This document shows positions 10,056-19,513 of a stretch of DNA of 64,000 bases, one piece after another. The stretch's first letter is position 1. Every line of letters begins with the position of its first letter. Source of the stretch: an uncultured Verrucomicrobiota bacterium (GTDB lineage Bacteria; Verrucomicrobiota; Verrucomicrobiia; Limisphaerales; AAA164-E04); assembly GCA_964342405.1 (NCBI GenBank), contig CAYFGX010000013.1:87098-151097 (forward strand), read 5' to 3'. The notes below the pieces were generated by a model, which saw nothing but the letters and a program-made list of their open reading frames with translations, did no database searches and was not told the origin of the DNA. The translations under genes and the position numbers were made by a program.

Positions 10056-11129
10056 ATGAAGCATTCGATTAGGCGCTTACTGGTGTGTGGGGCATTGGCC
10101 GTCATCATGGGAGTAGGGAACGCGGCTGAGAGTGCCAAACTTTACGACCCGGAGAAGCACGATCGATTTGACTGGTGGGGTGATGTTGACGGCTTTCTCG
10201 AAGCGCAGTCGCGGCGCACGCTCGATCTCGCTAATCAGGCCTTTGCCAAGTATCCCCCTCAAGTTCCGGAACCGATGGAACGGAAGATGGCCCTCTACAT
10301 GATGGATGGCGTTCTGCATGAATTGAATGCGCCGAAGAGTGAAGCCGTACAGGCGTTTTTGCGTGGGCGAATTGAGCGCTCACTTGAGGAGATTGCTTCG
10401 ATGCAGCCAAGAGACGGGGCAATCATCTGGAAGCTTTACAACGAGACATTCATCATTCGAACCGCTTCCGTAACGCTCGCGTTTGACCTGGTGCGAGGAC
10501 GGCTCCGAGGGGTTGAAGGTTTCGGTCTGCCTGACGACCTTGTTTCACAGATAGCCAAGCATTGCGATGTGCTCTTTATCAGTCACCGCCATCGTGATCA
10601 TGCCGATGAAACGGTGGCAAAATGGTTTTTGGATGCAGGCAAGCCGGTGGTCGCGCCACCAGAGATCTGGAAGGGAAGACCGATTCACTCCGAGATTTCC
10701 CACATGGCCCGAATCCCTCACAAGCAGCAGAGTTTGCCCCTACTTGGGGGCGACGTTGAGTTGTTCGTGACTGTGTATCCGGGGCACCAGGGATCGGATA
10801 TCGAGAACAATGTCCCGGTTGTGATCACTCCTGAAGGTCTTTCCTTTGTGCAAACCGGGGATCAATCAAATCGGGACGACTTTGTTTGGATTGATGAGAT
10901 TCACAAATACTACGAGATCGATGTTCTCATGCCGAACTGTTGGTCTACCGATATTCACCGTTTGGCCGATGGCTTCCGTCCCAAATTGATCATTCCTGGG
11001 CATGAGAACGAGATGGGGCACACCATCGATCATCGCGAACCCTTCTGGCTTACCTACAATCGCCTCTATGATTCTCCTTACCCCGTCTTGGTGATGGCTT
11101 GGGGGGAACGCTACCACTACCGCCGCTAG
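10056..11129 (+). CDS. MBL-fold metallo-hydrolase, secreted
   Basis: 357 aa. Signal peptide. HxHxDH motif (ISHRHRDHADE) and downstream His/Asp ligands typical of the metallo-beta-lactamase fold. Confidence 0.7.
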   Translation: MKHSIRRLLVCGALAVIMGVGNAAESAKLYDPEKHDRFDWWGDVDGFLEAQSRRTLDLANQAFAKYPPQVPEPMERKMALYMMDGVLHELNAPKSEAVQAFLRGRIERSLEEIASMQPRDGAIIWKLYNETFIIRTASVTLAFDLVRGRLRGVEGFGLPDDLVSQIAKHCDVLFISHRHRDHADETVAKWFLDAGKPVVAPPEIWKGRPIHSEISHMARIPHKQQSLPLLGGDVELFVTVYPGHQGSDIENNVPVVITPEGLSFVQTGDQSNRDDFVWIDEIHKYYEIDVLMPNCWSTDIHRLADGFRPKLIIPGHENEMGHTIDHREPFWLTYNRLYDSPYPVLVMAWGERYHYRR

Positions 11130-11409
11130 ACGCCAGATTTGGTGGGCAGAGGTTGCTGGTTCTGCAGCCAAAACGAAGACCGGGGACGGCTCTGCACTGA
11201 ACTCGGCGTCCTCTCGTAGTCGGTGCATTGAGTTCGACTTCGGAGAATTACTCATCCGGGCTGATCGATACTCTGAGGGAAGAAGGGGGCATTCCCGCTG
11301 TTTCAATCAGGGATTCTCCCAATTGTTTCGCCTATCGGCGGTAGTAGTGTGCGGGCGACGGACTCACTGCGATCGAACCGTGGCGAGCCCTACCGTAAAT
11401 AGAAGCGTG

Positions 11410-11715
11410 ATGAACAAGAATAAGCCGATTCCTGCCCGAGAAGTTTCCAACGAAACACTCCGTCAATTGAGGGAGCAGATTGATGTTCAACCGGATGCTG
11501 TTGCCTTGATCGCCTATGAAATCTGGGAAGCTGCCGGTAGACCTGATGGGTATCACATGGAGCATTGGATTGCGGCTGAGACCCAATTCTTGGTCACGGA
11601 AGCCAAGGTGCGTGGTCTCTTAAAGGAATCGGCAGGAGAAGAGCGATCCAACAGAAAATCCCTGGCGACCAAGGTGAAGGGCAAAAGGAAGCAATCTCCG
11701 AAAGCGGTCGCTTAG
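11410..11715 (+). CDS. DUF2934 domain-containing small protein
   Basis: Motif YEIWEAAGRPDGYHMEHWIAAE matches the DUF2934 signature (W..AG.P.G....W..AE). The start is more likely the internal ATG at 11410 (MNKNKPIP) than 11323. Confidence 0.5.
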   Translation: MNKNKPIPAREVSNETLRQLREQIDVQPDAVALIAYEIWEAAGRPDGYHMEHWIAAETQFLVTEAKVRGLLKESAGEERSNRKSLATKVKGKRKQSPKAVA

Positions 11716-11820
11716 CTGCGGCCACTGTCTTGCTTGGAGTCGACTTTGAAAGCACCAACGTTTTTGAGCTGAAATGCTGCTGAGCCGGACTATGGAGCAC
11801 TGGGGCTGTACAAGAAGATC

Positions 11821-11851
11821 CGGCGGTTTGATGGATCGTCAAACCGCCGGA
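11821..11851. terminator. perfect 12-bp stem-loop (CCGGCGGTTTGA-TGGATCG-TCAAACCGCCGG) in a 585-bp gene-free region; possible bidirectional terminator
   Basis: Inverted repeat read directly. T-rich flank on + (ACGATATTTCTTATCTC) and U-rich flank on the - side (GAUCUUCUUGU). Confidence 0.35.
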
Positions 11852-12300
11852 CGATATTTCTTATCTCAAGCAGGACACTGAACCTCAGGTCCAGTGCGAA
11901 GTGGGACATAGATAGGCCTTTGTATTCAGCGCGCTGAGGGCGCCGAAGGCTGGCATGCTCTGATCAACACTCGCGATTGAGTTCTGTCCTAGCATGTTGT
12001 CCATGGTTGAGATGTAGCAATACCGGTGCCAACTCTAATTCGTGATTTCTTTTTTGTGTCGGTAATTTTGATTTTCGGGGTTGATTGTGTCATTTCAGGT
12101 AGTTCTCAGTCAGAAACTGGGCACGATGCAGTCCAAACCCTGCTTCTTGACTCTTTGGAGCTTGCCAATTTTGCAACACCCACTCGACGGCACGGTCGAG
12201 AGATGGGAGAAGATTACCGCTAGGTGGTAAAAAAGAACCAGTCGTGAAACCAGGTGAGACTAATTGACTCGCTTTGTGAGGAGCGTTGTCTCACTTGGCA

Positions 12301-12891
12301 CTAACTGGGCGTCAGTTCGAACGTTTTTTCGTTGATCGTATCGCGCCAGCGCTGGAGATAGGAAAGCGTGCCGTATTCGGATCCCATCGCGTTGAGGAGT
12401 TGGGTTCGGTCTGGGGCTTTACTCGATATCCAGTTCTCGTGGAGTGACTTAAGCCTTCCATGAGAGGCTTGCAGAGTCTGATTGATCTGTTCCTGGATTT
12501 CGTTGAGCGACTGAAGAACCGGGCCTGCCGCTACGAATTGGCGGGCTTTGAGAATGTTGGAGTCTGCTTCCTTAATATTGCGGATTAGCTGGTCGCATTG
12601 CTGAAACAAGGGGCCGAGCCGCATGAAGAGTTCGACAAGGGGTTCGGGAACCTGCCGGCTTTTTGTAATGTCCTGTTCGGTCTCGAGTTGAACGAAGTGG
12701 GCCAGGCGATTGGCTGGGTTCGCTAGGACTTGATGCGCTTCGTTGATTTGCGCTGCGTCGTCGGAACTGGTGCTTTCCGACTGGTTTTGATCGGGGTGCG
12801 CGTCCTTAACGGCTTTTAGATAATGCTCTTGAAGCTTGTCGGGTTCGATCCAGGGACCTCTATCGAGTCCGAGAATGGCAAATGCATCCAT
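12301..12891 (-). CDS. hscB: Fe-S cluster assembly co-chaperone HscB (J-domain protein)
   Basis: 196 aa. N-terminal J domain with HPD motif (AVKDAHPDQN) and a C-terminal helical HscB-like domain. Confidence 0.7.
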   Translation of the reverse strand: MDAFAILGLDRGPWIEPDKLQEHYLKAVKDAHPDQNQSESTSSDDAAQINEAHQVLANPANRLAHFVQLETEQDITKSRQVPEPLVELFMRLGPLFQQCDQLIRNIKEADSNILKARQFVAAGPVLQSLNEIQEQINQTLQASHGRLKSLHENWISSKAPDRTQLLNAMGSEYGTLSYLQRWRDTINEKTFELTPS

Positions 12892-12947
12892 GATGTATTG
12901 CGTCTAGGTTGCGAATGCGTTGCCGTGTTTTGGGGCAAAGATGGATA

Positions 12948-13337
12948 CTAGGCGCTGAAACTCTCTCCGCACGAGCAGCTAGTCGCGGCGTTTGGATTAT
13001 TCACTTTGAAGCCGCCGTCTTGCAGGGCGTCGACGAAATCAAGTTCAGATCCGGTGACATAGAGGGCGCTTTTGGGATCGACCACGACTCGGATCCCAGA
13101 GGACTCCACCATAATGTCTCGGTTGGCCGGGGCATCTTGGAGGTCCATTTTGTATTGGAGTCCCGAGCAGCCTCCGCCGATCACGGCGACCCTTAGCACT
13201 CCCTCTGGGCGCCCTTGTTTGGTGAGGAGGGAATTGACTTTATTGCCGGCGCTTTCGGTGAGCTTGATCAATCGCTCATCTCCGACGCGATAGCCTGGGG
13301 TGGTCTGGGAGCTTTTTTTTCTTCGCGATGCGATCAT
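12948..13337 (-). CDS. iron-sulfur cluster insertion/assembly protein, IscA/ErpA/SufA (HesB) family
   Basis: Conserved GGGCSG motif and C-terminal CSCGESF. The likely start is the internal ATG at 13337 (MIASRR..) rather than 13370. Confidence 0.8.
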   Translation of the reverse strand: MIASRRKKSSQTTPGYRVGDERLIKLTESAGNKVNSLLTKQGRPEGVLRVAVIGGGCSGLQYKMDLQDAPANRDIMVESSGIRVVVDPKSALYVTGSELDFVDALQDGGFKVNNPNAATSCSCGESFSA

Positions 13338-13496
13338 GATTCTCGACTGGCGGCAAAATAGCTCTCCCAAGGTCGACCGTCAAACGGACTTTCACCGTTG
13401 CTGGCAAATTCGCGATGGAATCTGTCCCCATCACGGACCTTCCGCCTAGCTTGACCCTAGCTTGACAATTGGCAGGGGATTCGCGATGAAGGGGGC

Positions 13497-14246
13497 ATGT
13501 TCCAAACCTTAAGAGCACGGGTATTGTTTTCATTGCTTCTTGTGAGTCTCTCAGGAGCGCTCAGCGCCGCTGAACCGGGGCAACAGGTTGCGGGTTCCTT
13601 CCTAGCAGCGATTCAGAAGCCGATCAGTTACGATTACCTGATCTATTTGCCAAAGAACTATCGCGGGAGAGGTGAGGAATACCCCCTTCTGCTTTTCCTC
13701 CACGGTGCCGGTGAACGAGGGGATGATCTGAACAAGGTTAAGGTGCATGGGCCGCCCAAATTGATTGAGCAAGGCAAAGACTTTCCGTTCATCGTTGTAT
13801 CGCCTCAGTGCAAAAAGAATGAGCATTGGGATGCAGAGGTTCTTTTGCGGTTGATCACTTCGATTGAGAACCAGTATCGGGTCGACTCGAAGCGGATCTA
13901 TGTTTCAGGCCTAAGCATGGGGGGATTTGGCACTTGGAGTCTGATTGCTCGAGCGCCCGAACGGTTTGCCGCTGCGGCACCGATTTGTGGGGGAGGAAAT
14001 TTCATCGAGTTTGTGCTCGGTTCTGACGAGACGAAAGCAGCGATTCGATCGCTACCAATATGGGCCTTTCATGGGGGCGCAGATCGAGTCGTCAAACTTT
14101 CCGAGGCCTATCGAATGGTTCGATTGCTGGAACGTGGAGCCCGCGAGGTCAAGCTGACCGTATACCCGGGAGTGGGACACGATTCCTGGACAGAGACTTA
14201 CGATAATCCCGCGCTCTATGAGTGGATGTTGAGTTGGAGCCGATAG
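13497..14246 (+). CDS. secreted alpha/beta-hydrolase esterase (phospholipase/carboxylesterase or PHB-depolymerase-like)
   Basis: 249 aa. Signal peptide. LFLHGAGERGDD region and nucleophile elbow GLSMGG. Confidence 0.7.
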   Translation: MFQTLRARVLFSLLLVSLSGALSAAEPGQQVAGSFLAAIQKPISYDYLIYLPKNYRGRGEEYPLLLFLHGAGERGDDLNKVKVHGPPKLIEQGKDFPFIVVSPQCKKNEHWDAEVLLRLITSIENQYRVDSKRIYVSGLSMGGFGTWSLIARAPERFAAAAPICGGGNFIEFVLGSDETKAAIRSLPIWAFHGGADRVVKLSEAYRMVRLLERGAREVKLTVYPGVGHDSWTETYDNPALYEWMLSWSR

Positions 14247-14276
14247 AAAACGCGTAAATCAAACGAAGGGGAATCT

Positions 14277-15062
14277 ATGGGAGTTTCAACGAGCTATCTC
14301 GAGAAGGCACGGGGCATTGTCGACTGTGTCGCTACCCAAGAGGCTGCGATCGAGCAGGCGGCAGACTGGTTTGCGGCTTCGATCCTGGCAGGTCGTATGG
14401 TGCATCTATTCGGCTCAGGCCACAGTCGCATCATGGTCGAGGAAATGTGGCCTCGCTACGGCTCTTTTCCGGGCTTCAATCCGATCGTGGAGCTCTCTCT
14501 GACGTTTCACAACGGGGTGGTTGGGGCGAATGGGCAGCGACAGGCCATGTTCTTGGAGAACGCCCTCGGCTTGGCGGATCGAATCCTCCGAAACTACACT
14601 CTGAGCAGGGAAGACACCGCTCTCGTAGTTTCTTCGAGTGGATGCAACATTGTTCCGATTGAGATGGCCCAGGGGTTTCAAGCCCAGGGGATCAAGGTCG
14701 TGGCGCTTGTGAGCCGTCAGCATGCCGATGTTTCCACGAGCAAGCATCCCAGCGGTCAGAAACTCCAAGACTGTGCCGACCTCGTGCTGGACACTGGAGC
14801 CCCGGCAGGGGATGCCATGGTGCCGATTGAGAATTTGGATACGCCCGTCAGTCCAGGATCAACCGTGGGCGGATGTCTCATCATCAATTCGTTAAAGGCA
14901 GAGATTGCCGATCGCCTCGTCAAAGCTGGCCAAGCTCCGAAGGTGCTGACAGCGAGTGCACTGGTAGGGACGGAGCGAGCAACCGAGCTGTTTGAAGCTG
15001 CCTATGACGAGCATGCTGCTCGCTTGCGTGGCTTGTATCAGTTCGAGCTGGGAGCGAAGTGA
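14277..15062 (+). CDS. SIS-domain-like protein (UPF0309/SIS_2-type sugar-phosphate-binding fold)
   Basis: 261 aa. Phosphosugar-binding-like motif HLFGSGHS and Rossmann-like alternation. Family assignment is tentative. Confidence 0.45.
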   Translation: MGVSTSYLEKARGIVDCVATQEAAIEQAADWFAASILAGRMVHLFGSGHSRIMVEEMWPRYGSFPGFNPIVELSLTFHNGVVGANGQRQAMFLENALGLADRILRNYTLSREDTALVVSSSGCNIVPIEMAQGFQAQGIKVVALVSRQHADVSTSKHPSGQKLQDCADLVLDTGAPAGDAMVPIENLDTPVSPGSTVGGCLIINSLKAEIADRLVKAGQAPKVLTASALVGTERATELFEAAYDEHAARLRGLYQFELGAK

Positions 15063-17377
15063 TCTCCGACTGCCTCAATTCGGTGGTAGGTGTTGATTTG
15101 AGGGGCTTCAAGAACGCTTGTTTTCCCTGTAGTCCAACGAACGGTTAGCGATTCCACCCCTTCAGAATTCCCAATCCCGAAATGGACACTGTTGGATTTC
15201 TGGGAGCGGTATGAATCGCCGTTCACAATGTAGCGGTTTTGTTCTCCGGTTTTCGACTTCAAGGTGACGACGGCTCCCACGACCGTTGCTCCTGAAGTGC
15301 CATGGAGTTGGGCGCCGATCCAGTTACCAGCTTGTTCCGTGAAGTTTGGAAACAGGTGGAGCGCTTGCTTGGCCTGGGGGTAGGTTTCAAAGGTTGAGAG
15401 CAGCCATTCCAGTTTGCCATCCCCATCGAGGTCTTCGCTGACGAGGTTGCGACAGTCGATGCCGAGCGAAAGTCCGAAAAGGTAGCCCACTTCGATGAAG
15501 GAGGCATTGCCGAGGTTCAGAAAGAAGCGATTCATTTCGTGGCCTCCGAACGAGGCACCCGTTGCGCGAATTCGTTTCTGCTTCTCCTCGAAGTATTCAG
15601 CGAGGGCTTCATTTTCGTTCGAGTCTCCAAGATAAATATCGTAGAGCCAGAAGTCCTTCTCGTAGTCCGTGACGGACGCGGATGAGATGTGTCCGTTGAC
15701 AATATAGATATCTTCATCTCCGTCGTTGTCGAAGTCCCCAGGTGCGACACCCCAGGACCAACCCGTTTCCGCTAGGGCCTGACTTTCTTTTTTCTGTTGG
15801 AAACCGCTTGAGGTTTGGAACAAGAGGCGGTTGCCGGTGCTCATCTCCCGCCGCATGCGTGTGTAGTCTTGGGCGTGGGGGAGACCAAGATTGAGCTCCT
15901 CAAGGCGGTGGGCGGTAGGAGCGTTCATGCCGATCATGAAGACGTCCGGTCGTCCATTGGCGTCCCAGTCCCCAAAACAATGAGCCATACCAAAAGCGTG
16001 ATTTTCTGAAATGAGATCCTGGGTCACATCTTTGAAGCGGCCCTTGCCTTGATTCTGGTGAATATCGATTCCGGCGAAATCACTGATAACGATGAGATCT
16101 TGATCCTGATCTTGATCGTAGTCGAAGAAGGAGGCGCTGTAGGTGCGGCGGAAGCGTTTGGCGGTGAGTTCAGACTCCGCGGTCTGATCTTCGAATTGAC
16201 CCTGGCCGTTGTTGGTGAGGAGGTACGAAGCATGACCGTCATTGGCATCATAGAACGGCGTTGGCATTTGACCGTTCTGATAGGGACTGCGGTATTGAGC
16301 GAGCCAAAGATCTAAGTCGCCGTCTTTGTCGATGTCACCAGATGTGATCAGAAACGGATTCTTGAGTGCGTGACGTGGGAGAGAAGAGGAAATGGGAGGA
16401 GTAGGAAAGCGGCCGTTTGGATCCCCTGAGAAGAGGGCGATGCCCTCAGAATTGACGGCAAGGAAGTCGGTGTGGCCATCTCCGTTGAAGTCCTCGAAGA
16501 GACCTGTATCCAGGAAGGGCAGCGGGAAGTCGCAGAGGGGCGTTTGCCGAAACTGTCCCTGTCCTTGGTTCCAGTAGACACGGTTGATACGGGAAACGAT
16601 GATGTCTGCAAGGCCGTTGTGATCGAGATCGTGGACTTGCAGGTTGGGTTCAAAGACCACGGCATCGCGTGAAGGGGTGACATCGGCAGGAATGACATGA
16701 CCGAAAGGAGTGGGACCACTGCGGGAGAGGATCTCGGCTTCCGTCACCGATATAGAATCAATGGAGGCCAGGTCGGATTCGTCGAGGAGCCTCCAGCGGA
16801 GCTTGATTTGGCCCCGGACGATCCAGCGCTGCTCTGGATCGGGCTTGAGGAGATGGAGTGTGAACTTGTAAAGGGACTGAGGTGCCCCTCCTTGATTGGG
16901 CCAAAAAGCAACATGTCTCCACTCGGATTGTTCTAGGTTGAGATCTTGAGATAGATCGGTCGGAAGAAGCGCGATGAAGTCGGCCTTTGAAAGTCTTTGT
17001 CGAGATTTTCCGAGCTGTCGATGGCTGATGCCATGGGGCAAGGATTCTGATTCGCCGATTGATCCGATTGTGATGGAATCAAAGGAAACTTGGACGAGAT
17101 CACGCAGAGCATTCTCGGAGCCTCTGAGTTGATCCCAGAGCGATTCGATCGTAGCCGCATACGCTTGTCCGAGTCGTTCAGGAGCCCAAACATCACGGTT
17201 CCAGTTGGTGGCAATGCTTGCGAAATCTGGAGCCGTAGTTTCTATGCTTGGCTCGTTGCTCGTCTCTATTTGAGGGGGAAGGTCATCAAGGTTCAGCCTG
17301 AACGTCATCCAGGTAATCAGGATGAAACCGAAGATCAGTTTTATGGTTTGATCTGAAAACTGCTTGTTCTGCTTCAA
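15038..17377 (-). CDS. CRTAC1 family protein (FG-GAP/VCBS repeats + ASPIC/UnbV C-terminal domain)
   Basis: 779 aa. Repeated DxDxDGxxD loops (DLDHNGLADII, FNGDGHTDFL, DIDKDGDLDLWL, DFDNDGDEDIYIV). C-terminal UnbV_ASPIC-like region (RYIVNGDSYRSQKSNSVHFGIG...LTVRW). Confidence 0.8.
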   Translation of the reverse strand: MKQNKQFSDQTIKLIFGFILITWMTFRLNLDDLPPQIETSNEPSIETTAPDFASIATNWNRDVWAPERLGQAYAATIESLWDQLRGSENALRDLVQVSFDSITIGSIGESESLPHGISHRQLGKSRQRLSKADFIALLPTDLSQDLNLEQSEWRHVAFWPNQGGAPQSLYKFTLHLLKPDPEQRWIVRGQIKLRWRLLDESDLASIDSISVTEAEILSRSGPTPFGHVIPADVTPSRDAVVFEPNLQVHDLDHNGLADIIVSRINRVYWNQGQGQFRQTPLCDFPLPFLDTGLFEDFNGDGHTDFLAVNSEGIALFSGDPNGRFPTPPISSSLPRHALKNPFLITSGDIDKDGDLDLWLAQYRSPYQNGQMPTPFYDANDGHASYLLTNNGQGQFEDQTAESELTAKRFRRTYSASFFDYDQDQDQDLIVISDFAGIDIHQNQGKGRFKDVTQDLISENHAFGMAHCFGDWDANGRPDVFMIGMNAPTAHRLEELNLGLPHAQDYTRMRREMSTGNRLLFQTSSGFQQKKESQALAETGWSWGVAPGDFDNDGDEDIYIVNGHISSASVTDYEKDFWLYDIYLGDSNENEALAEYFEEKQKRIRATGASFGGHEMNRFFLNLGNASFIEVGYLFGLSLGIDCRNLVSEDLDGDGKLEWLLSTFETYPQAKQALHLFPNFTEQAGNWIGAQLHGTSGATVVGAVVTLKSKTGEQNRYIVNGDSYRSQKSNSVHFGIGNSEGVESLTVRWTTGKTSVLEAPQINTYHRIEAVGDHFAPSSN

Positions 17378-17433
17378 GATAGAGAGTGAAGCAAGAATTG
17401 GGGGCGATTACCAGTCTCCTCCCGGGCGTGCGG

Positions 17434-18342
17434 CTATTCTATGAGCGTGGCGCGGATCGCGAGGGGGCTTTTTGGTTTGGCTGGGTCCCAGGGGGGATCT
17501 GAAATGACGATGCCCTCAAGCGACGTTCTTTCCTCGGGACTGAATTCCTCTGCGGGCAAGTCTAGGATGTAGCCCTTTGAGCTAAGACGGATTGTTTGGA
17601 TCTTGTCGGAACTTACGAGGCGGTGGTATCCGAAGAATTGGAGCTTCCTGGAAGGTAGATTGTCGTTCGGAATCCTTGGTGTGATTTCAAGCCGGAAAGA
17701 CGAGGTGTCTTTGAAAGCTCGCACTTGCCATTGCTGTGAGACGTGCGCTTGTTCATTGAGTGTGGCTTGGAAACGTTGGTGTTCGGAAGGGATGATGACT
17801 GCTTTGTCGGTGGCCGGAAGCGTGATCTTTAGGGGCTCAAATCCAGGGTAGCATTGTTTGCCGCAGCACATCCAAGAGGCATCACCGATAAAGGTGTAGG
17901 GCCGACCCGTCGGAAGCTCTTCTGGTGGTGTGATCTTTGTGATCAAGAGAGCTTCCTTCTGATAGCCCCACACCCGGTAATCCACCATCTGACGGTGCGT
18001 TGGTGTGGGCCATAGAAGAGGTCCCGCGCTGAAGCCCTCCGGGAGCTTCCATTTGACGGCGGCCGGAAGGCCGACTGTTCCTGCATTCTTCCAGTAGGTG
18101 TGAAAGCCGGGTTTGATCACTTGTCGGATTCCCAACCAAAAGGGCCTGCCTGGAGCGATCGTGCGGTGATCTGAGATGAGCGTGACTTCAATGGGCGAGA
18201 ACGAAACAGGTTCGTTGGCCTGGACGGATGTGGCGTGTAACAGACTTCCAAGGGTGAGGAAGGTGAGGTGGAGGACGAGCGGTAAGGTGAACGAAGAAAC
18301 AAAAACCGGCCTACCTGAATCGAATCGAGTAGGCCGGTTCAT
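17434..18342 (-). CDS. secreted protein with DsbD N-terminal (DsbD_N/DsbC-fold) thiol:disulfide-interchange-like domain
   Basis: 302 aa. Signal peptide. FHTYWKNAGTVGLPAAVKWKLPEGFSAGPLLWPTP matches the conserved DsbD alpha-domain motif. No TM or thioredoxin domains follow. Confidence 0.5.
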   Translation of the reverse strand: MNRPTRFDSGRPVFVSSFTLPLVLHLTFLTLGSLLHATSVQANEPVSFSPIEVTLISDHRTIAPGRPFWLGIRQVIKPGFHTYWKNAGTVGLPAAVKWKLPEGFSAGPLLWPTPTHRQMVDYRVWGYQKEALLITKITPPEELPTGRPYTFIGDASWMCCGKQCYPGFEPLKITLPATDKAVIIPSEHQRFQATLNEQAHVSQQWQVRAFKDTSSFRLEITPRIPNDNLPSRKLQFFGYHRLVSSDKIQTIRLSSKGYILDLPAEEFSPEERTSLEGIVISDPPWDPAKPKSPLAIRATLIE

Positions 18343-18374
18343 AGAATTCTGAAGGGGTTCCCTTCGTTTGAGTC

Positions 18375-19466
18375 TTAGTTGATCTTGATCAACTCGACTT
18401 CGAAGATCAGGGTGGCGTTTGGAGGAATCGCTCCGCCGGCGCCTCGCGAGCCATATCCAAGTTCAGAAGGAATCACGAGTTCGGATTTACCGCCTTCTTT
18501 CATCAATTGCAGACCTTCTGTCCAGCCTGGAATCACGCCGTTGAGCGGGAAGGTGGCGGGTTGGTTGCGGCTGTAGGAGCTATCAAACTCGGTGCCGTCG
18601 ATCAATTTGCCGCGATAGTGCACGGTCACACTGTCGGTGGCCTTAGGGCTGTTGCCTGTGCCGGGTGTGATCACGCGGTGTTGGAGACCGGTGGCGGTTG
18701 TGTTGACATCAGGGCGTTTGGCGTTCTCAGTGAGATAATTCTTGCCAGCCGCTGCAGCATTCGCGATCGCGTTTTTTGCGTCTTCTTCCACTTTCTTTAC
18801 TTTGCTTTCGAGTTGAGCCACATCGTATTCCCCGACGAGTCGGACCGATTCGATAACGACGGGCGTTACGGGCACGACTTTACCTCCGGGATACTTGGAG
18901 TGGGTTTGGGTTTCTGTGTTGCGGATCTTATCGACGACGTCGAGTCCCTCTGCGACCTTGCCGAACACCGCGTAACCGGCACCATCGCGCGGTTGATCGA
19001 GTCCGCCATTGTCGACGACGTTAATAAAGAATTGAGCCGTCGCAGAATCGGGTTGCCGTCCGAGACGAGCCATGGCGATGGAGCCGCGGACGTTTTTTAG
19101 ACCGTTTTTCCACTCGTTCTTGATCGGAGCGCGAAGGCCAGCTGTTTTCTTGTCAATGGCCTTGTTGAATCCGCCGGCTTGAATCATGAAGTTCGGCATG
19201 ACGCGATGGAAAATGGTGCCATCATAGAATTCGCTCTCGGCATATTGGATGAAGTTCAGAGTCGAAATCGGAGCTTTTTCGGCATTCAACTCAAGGGTGA
19301 TATCTCCGAGAGTCGTCTTCATTAGAAGCTGGGGATTGTCGGCAGCCTGCATGCTAGAAACGCAACCGAGGGCGAGACCGGCAACGACGGCGCCCAAAAG
19401 TGATGGTTTAAATTGTGAAAAGAGTGTCATTGGCAAGAACTTGACGTTGAGTTTTGGCGATTTCAA
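18375..19466 (-). CDS. bifunctional peptidyl-prolyl cis-trans isomerase: N-terminal cyclophilin domain fused to C-terminal FKBP domain, periplasmic
   Basis: 363 aa. Signal peptide (AxA|ADNP). Cyclophilin block ([20 protein letters not shown]). FKBP block ([12 protein letters not shown]...[19 protein letters not shown]...[18 protein letters not shown]...[14 protein letters not shown]). Confidence 0.85.
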   Translation of the reverse strand: MKSPKLNVKFLPMTLFSQFKPSLLGAVVAGLALGCVSSMQAADNPQLLMKTTLGDITLELNAEKAPISTLNFIQYAESEFYDGTIFHRVMPNFMIQAGGFNKAIDKKTAGLRAPIKNEWKNGLKNVRGSIAMARLGRQPDSATAQFFINVVDNGGLDQPRDGAGYAVFGKVAEGLDVVDKIRNTETQTHSKYPGGKVVPVTPVVIESVRLVGEYDVAQLESKVKKVEEDAKNAIANAAAAGKNYLTENAKRPDVNTTATGLQHRVITPGTGNSPKATDSVTVHYRGKLIDGTEFDSSYSRNQPATFPLNGVIPGWTEGLQLMKEGGKSELVIPSELGYGSRGAGGAIPPNATLIFEVELIKIN

Positions 19467-19513
19467 GGAAGAATCGTGACTAAGTCAGGGCATTTTTGGT
19501 ATTTCAGTAGCTC

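Noticed and set aside
12026-12223. 65-aa ORF with hydrophobic N-terminus in the gene-free region
   Set aside because: No start context and no conserved motif. It lies in a region better explained as UTR or intergenic.
14277-15062. Considered whether the 25-bp convergent overlap of the SIS-like gene (ends 15062) and the CRTAC1 gene (stop at 15038) indicates a mis-called frame
   Set aside because: Both frames have independent domain support. A short convergent 3' overlap is common, so both are kept.
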